Shown here in pieces: positions 18,695 through 27,056 of a stretch of DNA of 64,000 nucleotides. The stretch is from contig JACJWK010000002.1 in the NCBI GenBank assembly GCA_020637195.1, forward strand, positions 2,299 to 66,298. The letters run 5' to 3'. The notes below the pieces were generated by a model. The model was not told the origin of the DNA. It ran no database searches and was given only the letters and a program-made list of their open reading frames with translations. Both the position numbers and the translations under genes were made by a program. The stretch comes from Microthrixaceae bacterium (GTDB taxonomy: Bacteria; Actinomycetota; Acidimicrobiia; Acidimicrobiales; DATDAH01). Each line of letters begins with the position of its first letter. Within the stretch, counting starts at the first letter, position 1.

Positions 18695-19934
18695 AATCGA
18701 ACACGTGGCCGTGCTCGTAGCGCTCGTCGGCGCCGGCGGCCTCGGTGAGCGCGGCGACGTTCGAGCGGGTGAAGAACCCCTCGTAGCCGTGGCAGCGCTC
18801 GACGTACTCGGTGATGAGCAGCGAGTAGCGGCTCGACTTCGAGAAGATCTGCTTCAGGTTGGGGTCGTCCTTGCACTCGCCGACGACGTGCGCGAGGAAC
18901 GCCGTGCCGAGCGCCGCGAGCTGACCGACGACGAAGTCCACGTTCTTCTCGCCCCCGACGTCGCCGTCGGCCACCTCGTACGCCATGTGGTGCATGCGGC
19001 GGCCGAAGTTGCGCACGAAGTCCTCGGTGGGCATGGGCCGACCCTCGAACGAGTTCACGAAGGCGGGCGTGTTGTTGGCGGTGAACACCCGGGCGGGTGA
19101 CACCTTGTCGTCGTGGACCGACGGGCTGCGGGTGACGTTGGTCGAGGAGTTCATCTCGTCGATGTTGTAGGCGCCCCAGAAGTAGTACGGGACCATCGTC
19201 AGGTACTCGAGGATGGCGTCCTCCCGGTCGGCGGCGAGGATGCGTGTGGCCATGTGGTCGAGGCCCTTCACCCGATCGGCGATCCCGTGCTCGGCCTGGA
19301 GCCGGGCCGCTCCGTCGAGCACCTCCCGCTCCGCCGGGGTCAGCGTGAGCCGTTCACCGAGGCCCACCGCGTCGAGGTCGTCGAGGTCGACGTCCACGTA
19401 CCCCACCCGGTTGTAGGTGTAGTCGGACAGGAAGCTGAACAGGAGGTGGTCGGTGGCGTAGAGGGGAGCCTCGGCGTCGTCGGCGTACACGAAGCGGATC
19501 GACTGCGGCTCGAGGGCGGCGCGCACCGCGTCGAGGTCCGTGGCGCGGTAGATCTCGCCGACGTAGCGGGCGTTGGCCTTGGCCGCCGCCAGCGGGTACA
19601 GCCGGTTGAAGCGGGTGCCCTGGTCCTCGTAGGTGGGCGACAGCGGCTCGATCACCACGAGGCGCGGGAACGCCGGATCGGACCGGAGCAGGAACACCTT
19701 GTGGGTGTCGGTGAGCCGGGCCTCGGTGAGGCGGTACGGCCCCATCACCGCCAGCTCCGCCAGGTACGGCACGGCGTCGCCGTGCTCGACCTGGATCACC
19801 ACGCCGGCCATGTGGCCCACCAGGTCGTCGAGCCCGCAGGCGGCCCGACGCTCGTAGATGCGCGGCAGGTACTCCTCGAAGAACCGGGAGTTCTCCTTGT
19901 CCCCCTTGGGCCGGTAGGTGGCGAGGTCGATCAT
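18693..19934 (-). CDS. 4-hydroxyphenylpyruvate dioxygenase-like VOC-superfamily protein
   Basis: Candidate metal ligands are in HPPD-like contexts: GLDHMATRI, RRMHHMAYEV, LKQIFSK...LITEYVERC...GFFTRSNVAALTEAAG (compare the HPPD C-terminus QIFT...E.IQR...GFGxGNFxALFE). Confidence 0.6.
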   Translation of the reverse strand: MIDLATYRPKGDKENSRFFEEYLPRIYERRAACGLDDLVGHMAGVVIQVEHGDAVPYLAELAVMGPYRLTEARLTDTHKVFLLRSDPAFPRLVVIEPLSPTYEDQGTRFNRLYPLAAAKANARYVGEIYRATDLDAVRAALEPQSIRFVYADDAEAPLYATDHLLFSFLSDYTYNRVGYVDVDLDDLDAVGLGERLTLTPAEREVLDGAARLQAEHGIADRVKGLDHMATRILAADREDAILEYLTMVPYYFWGAYNIDEMNSSTNVTRSPSVHDDKVSPARVFTANNTPAFVNSFEGRPMPTEDFVRNFGRRMHHMAYEVADGDVGGEKNVDFVVGQLAALGTAFLAHVVGECKDDPNLKQIFSKSSRYSLLITEYVERCHGYEGFFTRSNVAALTEAAGADERYEHGHVFD

Positions 19935-19994
19935 GGTCCGCTCCTGGACGGTGGGTGGATGGGTCGGGGTCGGCGGGCCCGGCGCGCGGGCCGG

Positions 19995-21281
19995 TCAGGA
20001 GCCGGCGTCGTCCCAGTCGATCCCGTCGGTGGACTCGACGATCGACGGCGCCCGGTTCTTGGTGAAGTAGTCCCACGCCCACGAGACGAAGAGGTCGACC
20101 CGCTCGCGGGTGCCGCTCATCAACAGCGCGTGCACGCCGAGCCAGGCGGTGAAGGCGAGGTGGCCGTGCAGCTCGTGGCGGTGGGCGCCGAGCTCGGCGA
20201 TCGCCGCGTTGCGGCCGATCATTGCCATGATCCCCTTGTCGTGGTACCGGAACGGCTCGGTGTCGCGGCCCGCGGCGTGGCGGCGGATGTTGTGGCCCGC
20301 GTGCGTGCCGGCCTGCAGCGCCACCGACCCCAGCTGCGGGAGCACGGTCCCGTCGTGGTCGGCGATCTGTGCCACGTCGCCGATCGCGTACACGCGGGGG
20401 TGGCCGACGAGGGTGAGGTCGGCGGCGGTGGCGAGCCGTGGCCCGCGGCCCGTGGTCAGCTCGTCGGCGAGGCCCAGGGGCGTGGGGGAGACCCCACCGG
20501 CCCACACCACGCACCGGGTGGGGATCGAGGTGCCGTCGGCGAGCTCGACCCGGTCGGCGTGGACCGCGGCGACGCCCCGACCCAGCCAGAGCTCTACGCC
20601 GCGGTCCTCGAGGACACGGGCGACGTACTCGTGGGCCGACTCGGAGAAGGGGCGCAGCAGGGCCTCGCCGTGGTCCACCACGACCACGCGGGCCGCCGTG
20701 GCGACGTCCAGGTCGTGGAAGCGGGCGGCCAGGACGTCGTCGACGAGGTCGATGAGCGCGCCCGCGGTCTCGACCCCGGTGGGCCCGCCCCCCACGATCA
20801 CGAAGGTGAGGGCGCCCTGCTCGATCACCTCGGGGGTGGTGTCGGCCTCCTCGAACAGCTCGAACACCCGGTCGCGCAGGCGGGTGGCGTCGCGCAGCGC
20901 GTACAGGGGCAGCGCGTGCTCGTCGGCGCCGGGCACCCCGAAGAAGTTCGGGCCGGTCCCCGCCGCCAGCACGAGGTAGTCGCCGGAGAACTCGGCACCC
21001 TCGGCGGTGGACACCGTCCTCGTGGCCGGGTCGACGTGGGTGACGGTGGCCTTCTTGACCGTCACCCGCGGGTGCTTGCGGAACAGGTCGCGGAGCGGGG
21101 TGGCCACGTCGGCGGGGGAGGCCTGCGCGGTGGCCACCTGGTAGAGCAGCGGCTGGAACTGGTGGAAGTTGTTGCGGTCGATCAGCGTGACGTCGACGTC
21201 GTGCTCCGCCAGCGCCTTGGCGCACCCGACGCCGGCGAAGCCCCCGCCCACGATGACCACGGACGGGTTGGGCTCGGCCAC
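19995..21281 (-). CDS. ndh: type II NADH:quinone oxidoreductase (NDH-2)
   Basis: Two Rossmann motifs, VVIVGGGFAGV and FVIVGGGPTGVE. GDVA...P.LG.VALQAG segment. Start at GTG 21281. Confidence 0.9.
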   Translation of the reverse strand: MAEPNPSVVIVGGGFAGVGCAKALAEHDVDVTLIDRNNFHQFQPLLYQVATAQASPADVATPLRDLFRKHPRVTVKKATVTHVDPATRTVSTAEGAEFSGDYLVLAAGTGPNFFGVPGADEHALPLYALRDATRLRDRVFELFEEADTTPEVIEQGALTFVIVGGGPTGVETAGALIDLVDDVLAARFHDLDVATAARVVVVDHGEALLRPFSESAHEYVARVLEDRGVELWLGRGVAAVHADRVELADGTSIPTRCVVWAGGVSPTPLGLADELTTGRGPRLATAADLTLVGHPRVYAIGDVAQIADHDGTVLPQLGSVALQAGTHAGHNIRRHAAGRDTEPFRYHDKGIMAMIGRNAAIAELGAHRHELHGHLAFTAWLGVHALLMSGTRERVDLFVSWAWDYFTKNRAPSIVESTDGIDWDDAGS

Positions 21282-21315
21282 GACCGAAGCTTGGCACGCG
21301 GGGCGAGGGTGCGGG

Positions 21316-22068
21316 TCAGGGCCCGTGCTCGCCAAGGAGCGCGGGCAGCACGGGATCGTGGCCGAAGACGAGCGTCGTGCCGGTCGCCTCCCGGCGGGCG
21401 AAGTCCCGCAGCACGGCGCGCTGGCGATCGAGGTCCCACCCGAACGCCGGCAGCGCCATGGCCTCCAGCGAGGCCCGCAGGTAGCAGGCGTCCGCGGTGA
21501 GCAGGACGTCGCCGGTGTCGAGTCGCACGAGCAGCGACTGGTGGCCCGGGGTGTGCCCGAAGGTGGGCAGGCACACGACCCGACCGTCCCCGAACAGGTC
21601 GTGCTCGCCGTCGACGAGCTCGAGGTCCTGGCCGGTGTCCCAGTCGGCGTGGGCGTAGCCGCTGCCCTCCTCGTCGCGGGCGTGCTCCCACTCGCGGCGC
21701 TGCACGACGATGCGGGCGTCCCCGACGAGCGACGTGCCGCCGGCGTGGTCGAAGTGCAGGTGCGAGCAGACGACCCGGTCGATGGTGGTGGGGTCCACGC
21801 CGACCCCGACGAGGCGGGCGTGGACGTCGTCGTCCTCCGTGTACTCGATGCGGAAGAGGTCGGCGACGCCGCCGAGGTGCCCCCGCGCGTCGTCGCGCAC
21901 GTCAGGGTGCATGCCGGTGTCGAACAGCACGGTGCCGCCGGGGTGGTGGACCACGAAGGCCCACACCTGGAGGTCGAGGTCGCCGGCCATGCCCTCGACG
22001 AAGCCGGCCGCATCGCTGCGCAGCACCCCGCAGCGCAGGGGACGGATCGAGAGGCCCTCGGTGGTCAT
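21316..22068 (-). CDS. MBL-fold hydrolase (N-acyl-homoserine-lactonase-like)
   Basis: HLHFDHAGG (HxHxDH), later GHTPGH and FGHD. Confidence 0.8.
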   Translation of the reverse strand: MTTEGLSIRPLRCGVLRSDAAGFVEGMAGDLDLQVWAFVVHHPGGTVLFDTGMHPDVRDDARGHLGGVADLFRIEYTEDDDVHARLVGVGVDPTTIDRVVCSHLHFDHAGGTSLVGDARIVVQRREWEHARDEEGSGYAHADWDTGQDLELVDGEHDLFGDGRVVCLPTFGHTPGHQSLLVRLDTGDVLLTADACYLRASLEAMALPAFGWDLDRQRAVLRDFARREATGTTLVFGHDPVLPALLGEHGP

Positions 22069-22110
22069 GGCCGGACGGTACCGAATCGGGGTCGAGGCCG
22101 GGGCGGGAGC

Positions 22111-23805
22111 TCAGCCGAACGCGGTCGTGAACGCGGCGGAGAGCGCCGCGGCGGGATCGGCCGGCGGTGCGTCGCTCCGCCAGGCCACGTGCTGGTCCGG
22201 TCGCACGAGCAGCGCCCCGCCGTCACCGAGGGCGGCGAGGGCCCGCCACTCGTCGCTCACCACCGCGTCCTCGCCGAGCCGCACGTGGTGGACCGGCGCG
22301 GCGAGCCGCGTGGCGGCCTCCCCCCAGGCCTCGTGGGCGCCGGCGGTGATCAGGGTGAGTCCCTCCGCGGGGACGAGGTCGAGCGTCGAGCGTCCGTCGG
22401 CCAGCCAGCCGTGGGGCAGGCGGGCCCCCACCTCGCCCCGGGGAGCGAACCGCCGCGGATCGTCGATCGGCGCGGGCGGCTCGCCGTCGCGGGCGAGGGC
22501 CCCGTCGGCGTAGACGTAGCCGAGCTGGAGCCCGAGCATGTCGAAGTGGGTGGCCTGCGCCTGCACGGCGGCGTCGATCGCGGGGCGGCGGGCGGGGTCG
22601 GCGAGCACGGCGGCGAGGTCGCCGCCGGTGGTGCCGGCCTGCACGCCCAGGGCCTCGTAGAGGTGGATCATCTCGAGCGCGTTCGTCGTGCTCTGGTGGC
22701 AGTTGGCCTGCGCGACGGGTCGCCGCTCGGTCTCGTACGTCCCGAGCAGGGCCGGCGACGCCCATCCGTCCTCGACCGCGTGCAGCTTCCACGCCAGGTT
22801 GTGGACGTCGGCGACGCCGGTGTTGAGCCCCATCCCGCCGGTGGGCGGGAAGCGGTGGGCGGCGTCGCCGATCAGGAAGGCCCGGCCCTCGCGCAGGTGC
22901 TCGGCGACCTGGGCGGTCATGTGCCAGGTGCCGGCGCCGACGACGTCGACGGTGGCCTCGTCGTCGCCGATCGCGGCGCGCAGGATCGCGGTGCACCGCT
23001 CGTCGTCGTAGTCCCGCGCGGACTCGGCGTCGGGGTCGAAAGCGACCATGAAGACCCACTCGCGGTCGAGGTCGTGGGCGACGAACGTGCCCTGGGCCTC
23101 GGGGGCCATCACGAAGTGCAGCACCCCGAGGCGATCGGCCACGTAGGGGCGCAGGTTCGCCTTCGCGTGGATCGCCACGAAGCTCTGGATGCGGGCGGGG
23201 CCGTCCATGGGGATGCCGAGCCACTTGCGCACCCCGCTGCCGGCGCCATCGGCGCCCAGCAGGTAGGCGCTGCGCACCGTGGTCTCGGCGCCCGTCGTGC
23301 GATCGCGGACCACCGACGTCACGCCGTCGGCGTCCTGGGTCGCCGAGACCCACTCGGTGCCGTAGCGGAGGTCGACCGCGGGCCCGAGTCCCTGGGCGAG
23401 GAGCGGCTCGAGGCGGTGCTGGCTGATGTTGCGCAGCGGGGTGGGGGTGTGGGCGAGGCACTCGTCGCCCTGACGCTCGAAGGGCAGGCGCCCGATGAGC
23501 TCGCCGCCCAGGTGGGTCACGAAGTTGACGTGGCCGGCGTCGGCGGGGTCCGTGGCGATGGCCGCCAGGGCGTCCCCGTCGACGCCGGCCTGTCGGAGGA
23601 TCTCGAGGGTGCGGGCGTTGACGACGTGCGCCGCCGGGTCGCGCTGGGGGCCGTCCCGACGCTCGACGACCAGGCAGCGCCGGCCGGCGCCCGCGAGCAG
23701 CCGGGCCGCGGTCAGGCCGACCGGGCCCGCGCCCACGATCAGCACCGTCGTGTGGGCCCCGTCGGGGGCGGGCGTTGGGGTCGCGGCGGTGGGCGTGGCG
23801 CTCAT
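22111..23805 (-). CDS. FAD-dependent aromatic monooxygenase (PheA/TfdB-type)
   Basis: VLIVGAGPVGL dinucleotide fold, GDAAHRFPPTGGMGLNTG motif, 564 aa with a thioredoxin-like C-terminal extension. ATG 23805 lies 1 nt from the upstream stop. Confidence 0.85.
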   Translation of the reverse strand: MSATPTAATPTPAPDGAHTTVLIVGAGPVGLTAARLLAGAGRRCLVVERRDGPQRDPAAHVVNARTLEILRQAGVDGDALAAIATDPADAGHVNFVTHLGGELIGRLPFERQGDECLAHTPTPLRNISQHRLEPLLAQGLGPAVDLRYGTEWVSATQDADGVTSVVRDRTTGAETTVRSAYLLGADGAGSGVRKWLGIPMDGPARIQSFVAIHAKANLRPYVADRLGVLHFVMAPEAQGTFVAHDLDREWVFMVAFDPDAESARDYDDERCTAILRAAIGDDEATVDVVGAGTWHMTAQVAEHLREGRAFLIGDAAHRFPPTGGMGLNTGVADVHNLAWKLHAVEDGWASPALLGTYETERRPVAQANCHQSTTNALEMIHLYEALGVQAGTTGGDLAAVLADPARRPAIDAAVQAQATHFDMLGLQLGYVYADGALARDGEPPAPIDDPRRFAPRGEVGARLPHGWLADGRSTLDLVPAEGLTLITAGAHEAWGEAATRLAAPVHHVRLGEDAVVSDEWRALAALGDGGALLVRPDQHVAWRSDAPPADPAAALSAAFTTAFG

Positions 23806-23806
23806 G

Positions 23807-24586
23807 TCAGAGCAGCCCGGTGTAGCTGCCGCCGTCGAGCTGCAGGCTCTGGCCGCTGATGTAGCCCGCCCGGGCGCTGCACAGGAATGCGCAGGCGTCG
23901 CCCACCTCCTCGGGCCGACCGAGGCGGCCGGCGGCGATGGTCGAGGCCATGTGCGCGTACGCCTCCTCGACGGTGATGTCGGCGAGGGAGGCGTGCAGCT
24001 CGGCCATCTGGCGCTGGCGGTCGGTGTCGATGCGCTCGGGCAGCAGCTGGTTGATGGTCACGCCGGCCCGGGCCACGTCCCGGGAGAGGGCCTTGGCCAC
24101 CGAGGTGAGGCCGGTGCGGGCGCCGGTGGACAGGCCCATGGGGGAGAGCGGCGTCTTCACCATGGCCGACGTGATGTTGACGATGCGGCCGAAGCCCCGC
24201 TCGACCATGCCGTCGAGCACGGCCCGGATCATGGCCAGCGGGGCCAGCATGTTGGCGTCCAGGGCCGCGATCCAGGCGTCGCGGTCCCAGTCCGCGAACC
24301 GGCCGGGCGCCGGCCCGCCGTTGTTGGTGACGAGGATGTCGGGCTCGGGGCAGGCCGCCAGCAGCGCCGCCCGGGTCGCCGGGTCGGCGATGTCGCCGGC
24401 CACCGAGCCGATGTCCACGGCGTGGCGCCCGGTGAGGCGAGCGACCGCGGCGGCGAGCGGGTCGGGGTCTCGCCCGTTGAGGACGACGTGCACGCCCTCC
24501 CGGGCCAACGCGTCCGCGCAGGCGAGGCCGAGGCCACGGCTGGAGGCGCAGACGATGGCGTGGCGGCCGGCGATGCCCAGGTCCAC
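23807..24586 (-). CDS. short-chain dehydrogenase/reductase (SDR)
   Basis: GTG 24586. CASSRGLG cofactor loop and NITS...(S/Y)...K pattern. The upstream part of ORF 23807-24781 is wrong-frame-like. Confidence 0.8.
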   Translation of the reverse strand: MDLGIAGRHAIVCASSRGLGLACADALAREGVHVVLNGRDPDPLAAAVARLTGRHAVDIGSVAGDIADPATRAALLAACPEPDILVTNNGGPAPGRFADWDRDAWIAALDANMLAPLAMIRAVLDGMVERGFGRIVNITSAMVKTPLSPMGLSTGARTGLTSVAKALSRDVARAGVTINQLLPERIDTDRQRQMAELHASLADITVEEAYAHMASTIAAGRLGRPEEVGDACAFLCSARAGYISGQSLQLDGGSYTGLL

Positions 24587-24597
24587 GTCGGCCGCCC

Positions 24598-25158
24598 TCA
24601 GGCCCCGGTCGCGAGCCCGAGCCGCGCCGCCAGGTCCGCCCGCCACTCGTCGACGGGCTGGAACCCGGGGAGCGACTCGAGCTCGGCGCGCGTCGCGGCC
24701 TCGATCTCCTCGTCCGTGGTCGAGAGATCGAGGGCGCCTCCCGCGGGCTGGGCCACGTGGAACGGCGTGTCCACGAAGCACTCGAGCCCGTTGCCCTCGG
24801 GGTCGGTGAAGTAGAGCGACCAGGCGTTGCCGTGCGAGACGGGGATCACCGTGTCGACCTCGGCGGCCGCCAGCCGCTCACCGACGGCCCGGAGGTCGTC
24901 GAGCGTGCCGGTGCGGAAGGCCAGGTGGTCGGCCAGCAGGAACGCCCGTGGCGGCGGGTCCGGGGTCGCCACCAGCACGATCTGGTGGTGGGCGGTCGGG
25001 TCCTGGGAGAGGAAGGCCATCTCCCCCATCCCGGGCGCGGGCTCGCCGCGATCGGTCACGACGAAGCCGAGGACCTCGGTGTAGAAGGCGACCATCGGGT
25101 CGAGGTCGCGCACCGCGAGGGTGGCGTGGCCGAGGGTCAGTCGCGTGGGGGCGGTCAT
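24598..25158 (-). CDS. VOC/glyoxalase-family (extradiol-dioxygenase-like) protein
   Basis: ATG 25158. LGHATLAVRDLDPMVAFYTEVLGF... and HLAF...SLYFTDPEGNGLE are typical VOC beta-alpha-beta-beta-beta modules. Confidence 0.8.
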   Translation of the reverse strand: MTAPTRLTLGHATLAVRDLDPMVAFYTEVLGFVVTDRGEPAPGMGEMAFLSQDPTAHHQIVLVATPDPPPRAFLLADHLAFRTGTLDDLRAVGERLAAAEVDTVIPVSHGNAWSLYFTDPEGNGLECFVDTPFHVAQPAGGALDLSTTDEEIEAATRAELESLPGFQPVDEWRADLAARLGLATGA

Positions 25159-25161
25159 GAC

Positions 25162-25193
25162 TGACACTCTGTCCAATATTGGACAGAGTGTCA
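25162..25193. promoter_or_regulatory. 32-bp perfect palindrome, putative TetR operator embedded in divergent promoters
   Basis: TGACACTCTGTCCAAT|ATTGGACAGAGTGTCA read directly from the sequence. It lies in the 55-bp gap between ATG 25158 (-) and GTG 25214 (+). Confidence 0.7.
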
Positions 25194-25213
25194 ACAAGCG
25201 GTAGGATGCGGGG

Positions 25214-25864
25214 GTGGCGTCGGTCGAGGCGCCCCGCACCCGGGGGCACAAGAAGAAGGCCCGCACCCGCCGCCAGCTGCTCGACGCGGCGGTGGTGGCG
25301 CTCGCCGAGGAGGGCGAGGGGTTCGGCGTCGTGGACGTCGTGGCGCGTGCCGGGGTGTCGCATGGCACCTTCTACAACTACTTCGCCGACCGCGACGCGC
25401 TGGTGGCCGCGCTCGTCCCCGTGCTGGTGGAGGCGTTCGCGGCCCAGGCCGCGGCCGAGGTCGACGAGGACGACCCGGCCGCCCGGTTCGCGGTCATCTC
25501 CGCGCGGGCCCTCGCGGTGGCCGCGGCCGCCCCCGATCTCGTGCGGGCGTCGCTGCGGCTCGACGCGGTCCAGCGGGCCCTGCTGGTCGACGGTCCGCTC
25601 GCCTACCTCCGCGACGACCTCGTCGCCGGGCACGCCCGCGGCCGCTTCGACGGGCCGCCGGACGACGGCACGGTCGACGTCGTGCTGGGGGCCCTGTTGC
25701 TGGCGGCCCGCCGCATCGTCGACGGCGAAGCCGGCCTCGACCACCGGCGGGTCGTCATCCGGCGGCTCCTGGTCGCCCTCGGGGTCGAGACCGGCGAGGC
25801 CGGTGAGCTCGCCGACCGTGCGGTCGCCCGTTCGACGCCACCGACGCCGCAACCGGCCGGCTGA
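25214..25864 (+). CDS. TetR-family transcriptional regulator
   Basis: N-terminal HTH ...RRQLLDAAVVALAEEGEGFGVVDVVARAGVSHGTFYNYFADRDAL. TAGGAT box 6 nt before GTG 25214, so it is probably leaderless. Confidence 0.9.
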   Translation: MASVEAPRTRGHKKKARTRRQLLDAAVVALAEEGEGFGVVDVVARAGVSHGTFYNYFADRDALVAALVPVLVEAFAAQAAAEVDEDDPAARFAVISARALAVAAAAPDLVRASLRLDAVQRALLVDGPLAYLRDDLVAGHARGRFDGPPDDGTVDVVLGALLLAARRIVDGEAGLDHRRVVIRRLLVALGVETGEAGELADRAVARSTPPTPQPAG

Positions 25865-25944
25865 GCGCTCGCGGCCCCGTCGCCGTCACCTTCGCGGTCG
25901 TCGTGGGTAGGAACCGGGTTCCGCCACCGAGAGGAGACAGATCG

Positions 25945-26112
25945 ATGCCGAACGCCGATGACATGAAGGGTCGGGCCAAGGAAGCCGCCGGCGACCTCAC
26001 CGATGACGACGACCTCAAGCGCGAGGGCAAGGCCGACCAGGTGACCGGCAAGGTCAAGGACGCGGTCGACTCGGCGCGTGACAAGGTCAAGGACGTCCTG
26101 CACAAGGACTGA
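25945..26112 (+). CDS. CsbD-family general stress protein
   Basis: 55 aa MPNADDMKGRAKEAAGDLTDDDDLKREGKADQVTGKVKDAVDSARDKVKD. SD GAGGAG lies 8 nt upstream of ATG 25945. Confidence 0.8.
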   Translation: MPNADDMKGRAKEAAGDLTDDDDLKREGKADQVTGKVKDAVDSARDKVKDVLHKD

Positions 26113-26120
26113 CCCCCGTC

Positions 26121-26151
26121 GGCGGGACCGGCCGACCGGGCCGGTCCCGCC
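26121..26151. terminator. perfect 13-bp-stem hairpin between convergent genes (bidirectional terminator candidate)
   Basis: GGCGGGACCGGCC-gaccg-GGCCGGTCCCGCC, 9 nt after the csbD stop and 18 nt before the stop of the convergent SDR. Confidence 0.55.
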
Positions 26152-26168
26152 CCCGAGGGCGGCCGCCG

Positions 26169-26981
26169 TCAGGCGACGACGGCGCCGCCGTCCAGGGCGA
26201 TGACCTCGCCCACCACGTACGCGCCGGCGCGCGAGGCCAGGAAGATGGCGAGGCCGGCGACGTCCTCGGGCGTGCCGACGCGACCGCGCGGCACCGAGCG
26301 GCCGACCGCCTCCCAGTCGGTGCCCTCCACGTCGCCACCGGTGCCGACGCCGGTGCTGAGCATCCAGGTCGGGAACGGGCCGGGAGCGATGGCGTTGGCG
26401 ACGACGTTGCGCTTGGTGAGCCGGTTGCCCAGCTGGCGGGTCAGCGCGTGCAGCGCCGCCTTCGACGCGCCGTACGACCAGGTGTCGAAGGTCGGCGTGC
26501 GGATCCCGTCGATCGAGCCGATGTTGATGATGCGGGCGGGGTCGTCGGCGGTCCCCGCGGCCTCGAGCTTGGGCAGCAGGCGCTGGGTCAGGAAGAACAC
26601 GCCCTTGACGTTGGTGTCCATCACCTTGTCCCACCCGATCTCGGGGAACTCCTCGATCGATGCGCCCCACGAGGCGCCGGCGTTGTTGACGAGCACGTCG
26701 AGGCGGGCGACGTCGGCCAGGGCCCCGACGAGGGCGTCGATGCCCTCGAGCGTGGAGAGGTCCGCCGGGATCGACACGCAGGTGCCGCCGTAGGTGTCGG
26801 CCAGCCGGGCGGCGGTGGCGTCGCAGGCGTCGGCCTTGCGGGAGCTGATGTAGACGGTGGCACCGTTGGCGAGGAAGCCGGCGGCGATCATCTCGCCGAT
26901 GCCGCGCGAGCCACCGGTGACCAGCACGGTCTTGCCGGCGACGGAGAAGAGGCTCGGGACGGAGAGGTCGGTGTCGGGCAT
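26169..26981 (-). CDS. short-chain dehydrogenase/reductase (RhlG-like)
   Basis: VTGGSRGIG, NNAG, YGASKAAL motifs. Confidence 0.9.
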   Translation of the reverse strand: MPDTDLSVPSLFSVAGKTVLVTGGSRGIGEMIAAGFLANGATVYISSRKADACDATAARLADTYGGTCVSIPADLSTLEGIDALVGALADVARLDVLVNNAGASWGASIEEFPEIGWDKVMDTNVKGVFFLTQRLLPKLEAAGTADDPARIINIGSIDGIRTPTFDTWSYGASKAALHALTRQLGNRLTKRNVVANAIAPGPFPTWMLSTGVGTGGDVEGTDWEAVGRSVPRGRVGTPEDVAGLAIFLASRAGAYVVGEVIALDGGAVVA

Positions 26982-27056
26982 GGGTCCTCGCTGGGGTCGA
27001 TCGGGGCGGCTGCCCGGCGACGATAGGGGACCGGCGCCGGCGGGGGCGCCCCGGAG

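Noticed and set aside
19976-19992. Hairpin GGCCCG-gcgcg-CGGGCC after the ndh stop, as a possible terminator.
   Set aside because: The stem is only 6 bp with no U-tract, and such GC hairpins are frequent by chance at this GC content. It is not listed as a feature.
25905-25922. GGGTAG followed by the dyad GGAACC-G-GGTTCC upstream of csbD, as a SigB/SigF-type stress promoter.
   Set aside because: No GTTT-like -35 element lies at the expected 15-17 nt spacing, so the evidence is too thin to call.
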